Below are positions 12,979-24,300 of a stretch of DNA of 64,000 nt, piece after piece (the first letter of the stretch is position 1; every line of letters begins with the position of its first letter). The notes under the pieces are model-generated. The model saw nothing but the letters and a program-made list of their open reading frames with translations, was not told the DNA's origin and ran no database searches. The stretch comes from Squalus acanthias (Eukaryota). The position numbers and the translations under genes are program-made. The stretch is from assembly GCA_030390025.1 (NCBI GenBank), contig CM059434.1, forward strand, positions 43,772,001 to 43,836,000, read 5' to 3'.

Positions 12979-13300
12979 AATATCAGAGCACCCGAGTCCT
13001 GCTTTTGCAGGTCTAATTTTTTTGGTAGGGGGCGAGGGGATGGATTTGGAAATACTTTAGAGAGAAGGTGATAGGGAGGGAAAGCGAGTGGGAAAACCCC
13101 ATGAGGGAGCAATCAGGGCCGCTTTTATATACATCCTTGTAGCAATCTCAGACAGCAGGTCATCAACCCACTTGGTCTGTTTGTTTATAGGGGAGGGTAG
13201 AATAAAAAAGGGTAGAAAGTATATTTAATTTGTCGGATATGAACATTTAACTGAAATTTACATGAGAGAGAAGATACAGAAATATATTTTAAAAGGTTTG

Positions 13301-14081
13301 GGGGGGAAAAATTCGGTATCGCCCATTTTGGGGCGCTAATATCGGCCGGGCGCAAAGTTTAGCGCCCAGCGCTAATTATCGCCTCCAACTGCAATATTCG
13401 CCTCTATTGCCCCTGGAGGTGATTTGAGCACTAAATCAGACGCTACACACCTCTCTTAAGGCGCAAACATCAGGGAGCGAGGCGCTACCTCAGAACGCTA
13501 CCGAAGCTCAGGCGATGTCAATTACCATGGAAGCCAGACAGACTGGCGCCGTCCAGTTCTTAAAGTGGAGGGGCCATCTTGCTGGCCAGCCACACCCTGT
13601 CATTGCAGCCTTGAATCTCGGCCTGGAGAGACCTCAAAAGCAATTGTGTTGGAAGCACTAATAGATAGGCCCAGGTAAAGAGCTCGGCGCTTATGAACCT
13701 CAAAAGTGGTGCTGAGGGCCAAAACTCCTTAGAACAGCGTTAAAACCAAAAATTTTGCCGACAAGAAAAGGCAGGAAGCGCCTGCCTTTAAATAGCGCTC
13801 CCCCAGCCCCTTCCCGACTTAAAAACGCTCCCCTCTACCTGTCATTCCTAGCGGCAGGCACTAAGGCAGGGGGCGCTACCGGGGCATTGCACGCTTGACT
13901 GATGTCATGATCTGCGGGCGCAGGAGATCGTGGTGGTAGTGTTTAGCGCCGCCGCAAAACGACTGGTCAATTTCGCGAGCAGCTCTAAAATCGCTGCATT
14001 CGGGCGCTAAGTTCCTAGCGCCCCGTTAGCGCCCTCCAGAGGCGCTAACAGGAGGCGCTAACCAACCAAATTTTTCCCCCC
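13301..14081. mobile_element. Non-autonomous Harbinger element/MITE (781 bp)
   Basis: TIR ggggggaaaaattcggt / accaaatttttcccccc (16/17), 3-bp TSD ttg on both sides, many gcgcta/tagcgc motifs, CpG rich. Confidence 0.85.
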
Positions 14082-14549
14082 TTGATCTATTGGTTGGCAT
14101 ATTTTATTGCTACTACATGGATCAAATGTTTAATGGTCACTGGTATTGTAATTGTACTGTTATTATATGTGAGTTATAAGGAGAGTGACATTACAGCTAG
14201 CAGGAGAGTAATATTACATCTATAAGGAGTAATATTACAGTTAAAAGAAGAATGATACTGTAGTTATAAGAAAGATGGATACATGTACCAGTGTTTGTTT
14301 AATGTTGATTTTACAAACAGAATATCTCAAAATGTGCGCACATTTGAACATGACCTTTATCCCATTATAGTAAAACTCCCAAGACCTCAGCTGGAACTTT
14401 AAGAGGAAATAAAATAGCGTGAGGCTTTCAATGGATGGCTAGGTAGTATAAGCAGTTGTGGGTCAGATAGGGTTGCCTGTTACTCTGAACTACTTTGACC
14501 TTCTTAGATGATGCACCAGGTGGAGCACCATGGGGTAACATTGGTGGCG

Positions 14550-14715
14550 GGGGGGGCGGTGAGATTTGCCTTGGGCGGGGACACAAAACGAGCGTTATCG
14601 CATCTGGCGCCTGTAATACGTCCCGTCCAACATTCAGTTCCATTGACTTCAATAGAACTGAATATCGGGCAGGGCGTATAACGGGCGACAGATGTGATCG
14701 GTTCACTTTGTGTCC
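14550..14715. mobile_element. Fold-back MITE
   Basis: Palindrome centred on attcagttccattgacttcaatagaactgaat with outer arms cgcctgtaatacgtcc / gggcgtataacgggcg. Confidence 0.65.
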
Positions 14716-15221
14716 CTGCCTAAGGTGTCCTATCTTGAAGGGGGAGGGAAGAACTGATGCGATCAGAGTTGCTCTGCTTGCCATTTACCTCCCAGACCAG
14801 TCATTGAGGGAGTGTTATCAATAGTGGGTGTTGATATGGACCATACCACCAAACTTTGCTCAGTGTGGATACTTGGTAGTAAACAACCTGCAACTCAGGA
14901 AAAAGATATTTAAACAAAAAAGATTTGATGAATCGTTGGACAAATGCACTGCAAGGTAAAGTACTAAATCATACAGACCAGAAGGTCCCTTGTTTGATCA
15001 TTATTCAGTGTTGAGTTAGTTAATCTCAACGAGGGCAGCAATCAAAGCACGACAATTGACCTCATGCTCCTGAGCTAGGAAGGGGGGGAAAAAATCAGTC
15101 AGGTTTGAACATGACCTTTTTCCCATTATAGTAAAACTCCCAAGACCTCAGCTGGAACTTTAACAAGAGGAAACAAGATAGCTAGTGACTTCAAGTGAAA
15201 AAATGCTTGTGAAGACAGGAA

Positions 15222-15570
15222 TTTCTTTTAATTCATTAATTTATTGCCCTTGAGAAGGTGGTGAGGGGCCTTCTTGAACCGCTGCAGTCCATGTGGTGAA
15301 GGTACTCCCACAATGGTTGGATTTCGACCTAGTGACAATGAAGGAACGGCAATATATGTTCAAGTCGGGATGGTGTGTGACTTGGAGGGGAACTTGCAGG
15401 TGATGGTGTTCCCATGCACCTGCTGCCCTTGTCCTTCTAGGTGGTAGAGGTCGCGGGTTTGGGAGGTGCTATTGAAGAAGCCTTTGCAAGTTGTTACAGT
15501 GCATCCTGTAGCTAGTACACACTGCAACCACGGTATGCGGTGGCAGAGGGAGTGAATGTTTAATGGCAAT
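15222..15570 (-). mobile_element. CR1-group LINE 3' fragment, nested in a family-B SINE
   Basis: Very similar to 59930-60285 (caagtcgggatggtgtgtgacttggaggggaacttgca…ggtcgcgggtttgggaggtgct). Confidence 0.85.
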
Positions 15571-16714
15571 GGGTTAGCAGTGGAGTAGTCTGCCAACACT
15601 CACTGTCTAAGTTGCACACCTGGAATGGCCATTTGGGAAAGATGCCAGAGATTGTGCAGCACCAGTGAGACGGTGCCCCAGACCTTCAAGAAAGGAGGAA
15701 AGAAAAGGGGAGAAAATTGAAAAAAAAAGGATTAAAAATAGCTTTCATCCCAGCCCGAGCTAAAACATCAATTTCAGCAAAAAAAAGAAAAGAGGACTGG
15801 CCACTGGTGAACTATAGCATTGTTCCCAAAGTCTTTGTTATTCTCTTTGCTTCCAGATGACAATCATCCAGAGTCAAAGAAAAAAGCTTTGGCTCAATCC
15901 TCCTGCTTTCTGCTCAACTGCACAGCAATAAAGACCAGGTTTACTCTCTTAAAATCTAAAAAAATGCACAAAACAAAAATACCCAAGAGCTTTCGTGCTC
16001 AGATGGAAAAAGTCGGCAAATCTGCATAGAAATTATCAGCCAGTAACAAAGGCTTTTTGTCCAGCTTTGACTCTTCCCACCCGCCCTCCCCCCTCCCTGT
16101 AGCCAAGGCTTATCTGCTGGAGGAAATGCCTGTTTAACTGACAGGTAGGAGATTAAATCTACAGCTGCTGAAACACAATCTATACTCGGTTAGATAGGCT
16201 TACTTGAAAAGTCCCACAAACACATAATTTGTTTATGTTGTACCAGCAATCTTTGACAAAGAGACTGTCTATCTGAGACAAATGTGGTTAAACCCATTTA
16301 TTGTATTATTTCTGCCACACAGCACAAGCTTCTCTCAGAATGCGGAATTGAGATAGGCCATAGCGTTCCAGCTTTCTAAAGGGGCTGGGGGAAATGACTG
16401 AAGAATAGCTGACTTTTGTGTTTAATCCTTTACTCCTTCAGTGCAGGTCCACTCGAATAGAGCCATTGTGGTTTTAAACTCGAGGGTTAAAAACCAGGAT
16501 AGTTCCCCTCTGAAGTCGTACACTAACCAGTTCCTCCCTCCATTTACAGATCAGGAAAATATATTGACATTTTTTATGACGTGAGTTTTATGGTTCTTAG
16601 AGTGATGTGGAACCAATGTGGCAGGACAAATTTACCATAAATCTCAAACAAGAACAGAAAATGCTGGAAACACTCAACAGGCCAGTCAGCATCTATAGAG
16701 ATAACAGACACTCA

Positions 16715-18888
16715 GGGCTGGATATCCCAGTGGAGGCGGGTTCGCTGGTTCCGGTCCTGCTCCCGGCTACAGCTGCTCTGTCAAAAATATTTTCCGTTAA
16801 TAGGGCTTGTTAAGCCCGCCCTGCAGGGCTCCCGGACAATTAAAAGGGAGCGGGTCTGATGACGTAATTTGATGATGCGTCATCAGACTGATTCCTTAAA
16901 GGGTCATAGAAACATAGAAACATAGAATCTAGGAGCAGGAGTAGGCCATTCGGCCCGTCGAGCCTGCTCCACCATTCAATACGATCATGGCTGATCATCC
17001 AAATCCAGTACCCTGTCCCTGCTCTAATCCCCACAGTACACATATCCCACCCTACCCCCATAACCCCACGTATTTAATTCCCCCTAACATATCCCATCCT
17101 ATCCCCATAACCCCACATATTTAATCCCCCCCTAACACTAAGGGTCAATTTATCATAGCCAAATCAACCTAACCCGCACATTTTTGGACTGTGGGAGGAA
17201 ACCGGAGCACCCGGAGGAAACCCACGCAGACACGGGGAGAATGTGCAAACTCCACACAGACAGTCACCCGAGGTCAGATTCGAACCCGGGTCTCTGGCGC
17301 TGTGAGGCACCAGTGCTAACCACTATGCCACCGTGTTGCCCATCCATGGCCACATTCATTTTGACAGTTGTGCTGTCAGTGTTCTGCAGCATTGAGGTGC
17401 TGCAAACACTGACAAGCACTGTACAAAGGTGCACGGCTGCACCCAGGCTCTCCCATGACTCTCTCCATATGCTTATGGAGGGAGTCACAGCACGCAGGGA
17501 GATTTGCTTCCCTTCCAATGGGCGGAAGACACCTCCCCAGGACACCAACACAGCCTGGTTGCACATTGCACAGGAGGCCAAAAGCAGGGATGTGGTCAGG
17601 AGGACCAGGCTGCAGTGGCGCAAACCTTTCAATGATCTCAGTAGATCATGAAACGTTACTGCAAAGCCACACTCAAGCTCATCCTGCTGTGCCACTCATC
17701 ACATCCCCATCACTCTGCCCTCCCTACCCTTCTCCTGCACATCTTTACTCACACCAACTTACCTTGCACCTCCACCCATCCCTCTCTATCTACCCCACCT
17801 CACTAGCCACCCCTCACACTCATCCTAGTCCAATCATACCAACTAACAACACACAAGGGTAGGCACTTGGGTGTCTTATGCAATGTTCATGTAAATTTTC
17901 TGTTAATGTGTTGTCAAACATTGAAATCTTTATTTTCAATACTTTGCCTTATTGTACAAATCTGTGCTCACCTTTGGAAGTGTCTTAGTGAGTTGCAGTG
18001 AATGGCAAGATATAACGGCATCCCCCACAATGGTGATGAGTGTGAAAGGAATGGCTTGGTCATTGTAAGAATGCTTTATGGTGCTGGTGTGGGGTGGTGT
18101 TAACCTGGCGCATCATATAGCAGCCAGAGTGTACAGTGTCAAGTGAAGTAAATCTGGCAATGGTGATGCCATCGTTGGCCTCCCGGGCAGCAATGTTGTC
18201 GGGTGCTGATGCCCTGTGTCCTGTGCAGCATCAACTGATTGCGGAGAAGGTTGGTGTTGTTGTTGGTGTTGTTGGTATGCCTGGTGATGTTAGTGTTGGG
18301 GCTTATCGTAGAGGGATTCAGAGGACCAAGGTGAGATTTTTTAAAGGGCACCGATGTTGCTGGAATACATGGCAGCTGAAGTTGAGATGACAGAAGCGAT
18401 CTGTCAATGGTGAGAGAGCTTGCTCCAAGGAAGTGACAGTGGATAGAGAGTTTACTCCAAACACTTCCAAACTGTCTTCCAATTCCTGAAGGCTCAAGCT
18501 TCTGACATTGGAAAGTGACCAGCTGTGAAATGGAAGCTTTCATACCACTTTTGCAGCTGTCACCTATTCACAGCAATGGGGAGACATAGAGAACCCGACC
18601 TACTTACCTGAAGTGATCTCTGAACGACGGGAACCCTGTTAAAAATGTGGGAAAATAGAAAAAGGCTGGCAAAATAGTAGTTAACAAACACTTAACAAGC
18701 AGTTAAGTATATTAAATGCCTCCCCCGCTGCTTGGTGTCGAGTCTGTTCTGAAATCGCAGACCCGATACTTTGGAAACTTACATGGAGGCGGGTTCAGAG
18801 CGGGTTCCCAACCCACTGTCAATCATTTTGATTTTGACAGCAGACCCGCCTCCAAACCCACACTCTGAGCGCCGGCAAAATCGCGGCC
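16715..18888. mobile_element. Second, more decayed Harbinger-like element with Myb/SANT remnant
   Basis: ~17430-17650(+) encodes AAPRLSHDSLHMLMEGVTARREICFP…AWLHIAQE…RRTRLQWRKPFNDL, homologous to the 2935-3174 Myb exon. Termini gggctggatat / aaaatcgcggcc are degenerate, flanked by tca/tta; tggaggcgggt occurs near both ends. Splits a Penelope-like repeat. Confidence 0.75.
16904..17341 (-). repeat. V-SINE (HE1-like) with CR1-derived tail, nested in Harbinger element
   Basis: A box ggtggcatagtggttagc, B box gggttcgaatc, V-domain tgtgtggagtttgcacattctccccgtgtctgcgtgggtttcctccggg, tail gccgaatggcctactcctgctcc(tttctatg)n. Confidence 0.9.
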
Positions 18889-18922
18889 TTAATGTTTCAG
18901 GTGTGGACCTTTCATCAGAACC
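18889..18922 (-). ncRNA. Minimal hammerhead ribozyme motif (PLE family A), stem I cut by Harbinger insertion
   Basis: Minus strand: GGUU CUGAUGA A AGGU ccac ACCU GAAA CA UU AA, then the transposon end. Confidence 0.6.
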
Positions 18923-19030
18923 TGAAGCATTCATTTATATCTTCTCTCCACAGATGCTGACTGACTTGCTGAGTGTTTCCAGCATTTTCAGTTTTTGCTT
19001 CAGACTTCCAGCACCTGCAGTTTTCTTTTC
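18921..19030 (+). repeat. Penelope-like family A terminal fragment, inverted relative to 16640-16714/18889-18922
   Basis: ctctccacagatgctgactgacttgctgagtgtttccagcattttc; reverse complement of 16655-16700. Confidence 0.75.
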
Positions 19031-21177
19031 GCTTTTTGTTCACGGAGAATCTCCACTTGTACAAATTTCCCATTACACCAGCAGTGCTACATTATACTGC
19101 CATCTCTGCACAACTTTGTGATCAAGCCACTGGAGTTTACGAGCTTTGCTCATCAGCTTTCCAAAGTTGCATCAATTCTTAGCATTAGTAATGAGCCGAA
19201 GGGACCATCAGCTTTGTGCCAACGCTAAACGTTATAAAATTTGTTTATTTTCTTTACAACGGGTACAGTGTAAAACTTGAAATTGAACTGGGCCATTAAT
19301 TCCCTCACAATTCTCCTTTAGAACAGCAACAACTGTTCACTAATATTGCCTCTGTAAGGCATGTGACAGTATTATTTGGCAGCCATGACATCACATTTGC
19401 CTCGTAGGCTTTAATCAGCATTACCTCAGTGATAGTTTTAAGTGTTATTACCAATGTTTTCATTCTATTGTGATAATTTTAGGTATTTTAAAAATGTGCT
19501 ATTGGTAGGGAGTGAGAATGAGGCCGTAATTCAAGCTGGCAGCTCAGATGACACCCATAACCTGCTCTGGCAGCTCCCTCACGCTTTATGAATTTATCCC
19601 ATTTATCCCTAGCCATCCAGAACTTTTTTTTTAATGATTTTTATGAATATTACAAAATAAAATGGGGACTAATTTAGCATCACATAACATTCAACCCCAT
19701 AAAAAGTGACTAAAAACCTCTGATGTAATATTACTAATACAATAGATATCTTGCATTTCCTGTACTTTCCACTTTTTGTAATCACAACAGAACGACCCAG
19801 GAAACCGCAACATTCAAATCATTAACCATATTCCAAGATCTTTGAGGCAGACACAAGGAGCCCTAATAAGTGGCAATATAAAATGAGAACACGGGGGGAA
19901 ATTAGCATTGGTTTGGAGACTTTGCTTCATTAACAAATAGATATAATTTCACTCAGACTAATCTCATTATAAAAGGAGCTCGCCCAGCCAGGGAAAATGT
20001 TAAATGATCGTTTTGCTTTAATAAAATAGAATTACATTTTTTCAAAATGTAAAATAGAATCTAATAACTGCAAAAGAAAAAAAAAAGTGTATACATAGTG
20101 AAACTATCTGGCACAACTGAGGGGATTCCCCACTTCTCCACTCTCTCCCCCCACCTCATTGAATAATGGACCCCCATTCCAACAGGACAATGGAAACTGG
20201 AAGATAATCCTTTCAAATCAATTTTCTGAATGTCTGTTCAACTTTAATCTGAGTTTTATCCTTTTAAGAAAAATATGGCAAATAGGCATGACCATGGATA
20301 ACGGGAGGGTGGATCATTGAGGTTTCATTGGAGAAGAATATTTAAAATACCTGAGTGTGTTTCCCTAGATATGTAAAGGTTAGGATTTTCAAAAATGATT
20401 TGTGCATATGGCTTTAGAAAGTTGATTAACTGGGTCAACCAACCCATGAAAGGGGAGTGAATAGCAATCCATCTGCTGTGAAATGAAAATGAATCAAGTC
20501 TCACAAATGGTTAAAGTCTGCAATATCCAGAAAGACATGTTGACAATATCCTCAATGCATTTTACTTCCATTAAAGAACCATTTCATGGAGCATCCTAGA
20601 TAGGGTCAAATGGGAAGGGAAGAAAGTTAACAGTTGAAAACACTGAATAATGTAATTAAAAGAATATTGTTCTGGGCTATTCGTGTCTGAAGTCTGTTAA
20701 TCAAATTATGTGAGGGGACGCAATTGAAAAGGTTTGCTTTTCAATCTAAAATTCATATTAGATGTCCTTTCAATTTTTGCCTTTTGCAAAAGAAACCACA
20801 ATGATAAGATTGAGCAAGTGTACCAAAGTGCTGGTGTCACGACCAAAGACCAGGATGGGTGGGGAAGAAGTTTAAACAAATGAAGACGAATTAGAAAAAG
20901 TCCAGTTGAAATTTGTCAGCTACGAAGATTATTTTTTTTGTGAATTATATGGCCATCAGGTGAGGGATGTTAATACTTGGGAATGGAATGCAATCTATTT
21001 CAGGCACCCAGTGCCAGCATCAAGCAAACTCAGGTCAAATATGTAATTAAGCACTGAGTAAAGCTCCATTAACTCTGCCCAAATCTCAGCAGTGTACCCC
21101 TACTGTACCAGTGTGACACTTTTCCATTTCACATACCATGCAATCCTGTGGCTTCTCAGAGTAAAATTACCAACTTA

Positions 21178-21343
21178 GGGGTAGAAATTGGTCACCATTG
21201 TACTCCTTTTCCAGACAGAAAAAGGGGACCAAAATGACCAGGTTCACAGGGCTATTTCTTGTGCCCCAAAGATGCCTGAAAAACGCCCAACACCATATTG
21301 GCCGATTCCGAGCTCAGAACAAGCTCAGATGAATTTTTACCCT
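21178..21343. mobile_element. Short Harbinger-type MITE
   Basis: Ends ggggtagaaatt / gaatttttaccc resemble the other GGG..AAATT termini in the window. Confidence 0.5.
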
Positions 21344-24300
21344 TTAGTGCCAAATTAGGAGTAGTTCTGCTCCGTAAGTCCTTGCAAGCTTATTTTTTTA
21401 TGTGAAACCCCTACAGCCAGTAGATCGGGGAGTCTTTCATACCATCAGTCAGCCTAGATTTTGTGCTCAAGTCTCTGAAGTGGGACTTAAATCCATAACC
21501 TTCTGACTCAGAGGCACTGAGCCACGGCTGACATAATAACTAAAATAATAAATAATAAAATAACTACTTAAAGTACATCACCCCTTCCTTCAATGTATGT
21601 AAATATTTCATCCCAATCATTTTCACATAAATGATATTTAAAATTGTATTACGGTCATTTATTTACTGACTACCCTGCTTTGAATCAGCCTGAATGGACA
21701 GAGATTACTGCTTGGATAGTTTTGAATGTATGAAATTAACCTGAAATTGACAAGTAGTATTTTTTTTCCTAAACCGAATTTGACAAGCAGTATTATTGCA
21801 AAAAAGGGATATCGTAACATTCATTGCATTAGAAATCGTATATTGGATGTTCAGTTTTTTCTCTCCCTCCATTCAGCTTCCTCTCTCCAACCCCCCCAGC
21901 AAATTTTTCTTCGCATGTGTCAACGGTAACATTACAGATTTTTCATTGTTTTAAATGATGTGGAAAAGACTGGGTCTGTTTTCCTCTTCATCCTATATTT
22001 CACAGAGACTAAGCTGTTGTCCTCACAATTGCCTCCCAGCTGCTTAGGCCTGAGAAAACAACAGACACAGCTCTGTTGTCTGCAGAAAGCCCGCCTTGTT
22101 TTAAGTGACTTTATTGCAGGCACATGAGTGTGTTAAGACTTTAAACACGCTCAAATGTCATGTGCACACCCAGTGACGGACAAGTATAATTATCAAAAAC
22201 AAGAATTCAGTGTCTCCGAAATGGTGTCTGACAAAATGGTCCATTCATTGTGTTCCGTGGGGAATACTCCAACTCTCCTGGCAGAAAACAAAAAGGCGCT
22301 TTTTTGGACTGCTGAGGGCTGAAAGCTTTGCTTTGCCACCCGAGCCCTAAGAAAACACGGGCCTCAGTCTGACTACTGGCTGGCTGCGCACAGCAGAAAG
22401 AAAGTATTAATAACCCCCTTTTTCTTTGCGGTTCCCTCTGTGTAGGCTGCGGCCAACGTAAGTCAACGCAAAGACAAAACAGTTTGCTCAACACCAACAA
22501 CAAGAAACATGACCCAAGAACTTTTGTAAAAAAAAGGATCCAACATGACACAGGGCGATATATTGAAACAGAAACGCTTTTTTTTTCATTCCCCGTGACA
22601 CTCTATACGCTAATTATAGGTAACAAAAGCAAAATTTGTTTTAAAAAAGAGCAGTGCATTACTCTTTCCCTTTGCAGCGAATGCATTAATAATTTATGAA
22701 TTTGTTTAAGAGTACAGGCAGCATTACAATTCCAAAGCCATCCACTTAGCTTAATTTCCCAACCATCACTTTCATTGCTGAAGTTGTCTCTATTAAGCCA
22801 ATTTCTGTGCATCATTAACTTTTAACTGAGTCTCAATAGCTTTGTTGTTCAAATTGCATGCAACTTTTTTTTAAGTCAGCATTTCTTCTGGCTCCTGACA
22901 AGAAGTCAAATTTTATAACTAATTAAATTGATCCATCTGAGGGAAAAGCCACTAAACAGAATTATTTGTGCCCGTGTGTCAATATATTAAATCAAAGGCT
23001 AATCAGTTGGGTCAGTGTTTCCTTTATCTGATGGCTATAGGAAAAAGAAAAATGCACATATCATCCCTCTGCCCATTCTCTGCTGTTAATTCCTTTTTTT
23101 TCCTATTCAGGCAGCTTCTGCTGGTGCTGAGTAATGGCAGGTCAAATCCCACACTGTGCTGTTGCACACATCTTACTACTGACTCCAAAAATAGTCGGCT
23201 ATTGATGGATGCAAATAGCCAATGCCACGCCAGGAGGACCATCTACTTGCAACGAGGCCAGCCTTAATTTAGCCAACCTGGTCCCTTTGGGTAAATCAGC
23301 TTTTATCCAGCCACATATTCTGGCAAGAGGTACTGAAAGGGCCGGTTTGTGCCCAACACGAAGGGAGGTGGGTCACTAATTTGGCAATTGACAGCACAAG
23401 ACAGTCCAGAAATAGATCAGCAGATAGGCCGCTCTCAGATGTGAAATGTCACACAAACCATGTCCTAATCTATGGTGATACTTCCCTACTGTTTATTGGT
23501 CTGACACTCTCGTTCGGTTCAGCAGCTTTGTCCAAGTTCGGATCAGTGATCTCGCTACACAGCCTATTTGACCATGGTGAATTCACTATGTAATCCACCT
23601 GGGAAGTTGCTTTGCCAGCAAAGGGGGATTCGAGAAAAACACTGAAGAGACATATTGCTTGTATTGGGGTATTTTTGGCATGTTATAGAAACCATTCTGG
23701 AAGGGACGACAATTTGGATAGGATGTTAAAAAGAGATTGCATGAGGTCAGGGGTTAGTGAATACTTCTGCTGAGAGGTGACCTTTGATGAGGTGTGGAAG
23801 TAAAGGCTGGATGCTTTCACAATGCATTGTGGAACGAGTACGGGAGGACAGAGTGAAAACACTGAAATAATGAGGAGTGGTGTACATGAGGTAACAGACC
23901 AGGTTACAGCACGGAGATCGTAATGGCTAGGGCACATGCACTGAATGGCTTGGAAGGTCATGGAATGGGCCCCAGCTGGAAAAAGACCATGTGGTGATCC
24001 AAAGAAGAGATGATGAGCCTGTTTAAAGGAAGGAGTGAATGGAAGAGTGACAAATGGGTTAACTACTGAAGAAGCAGACAGAGGAGAAGAATGTGAGGGT
24101 GAGGTGTTCTGGCATCAACGGTAAGCCTAGCTATACTGATCAGTGATTAGTGCTGCCAGCATACTTCTGTGCCAATCCCAATGGTTTCAGCCATTAAACA
24201 CTGTTAAAAACTCTGACTGAAAGAAGAACCCTGCAAAAGATGATCAACAACAATTACGTCGTGGCAAATTTTTCTTTTAAAGTTGCTGCATCCCCTTGAA

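Noticed and set aside
16854-16888. gtctgatgacg…cgtcatcagac as a hammerhead
   Set aside because: It is an 11-bp inverted repeat inside the Harbinger subterminus, with no GAAA or stems I/III.
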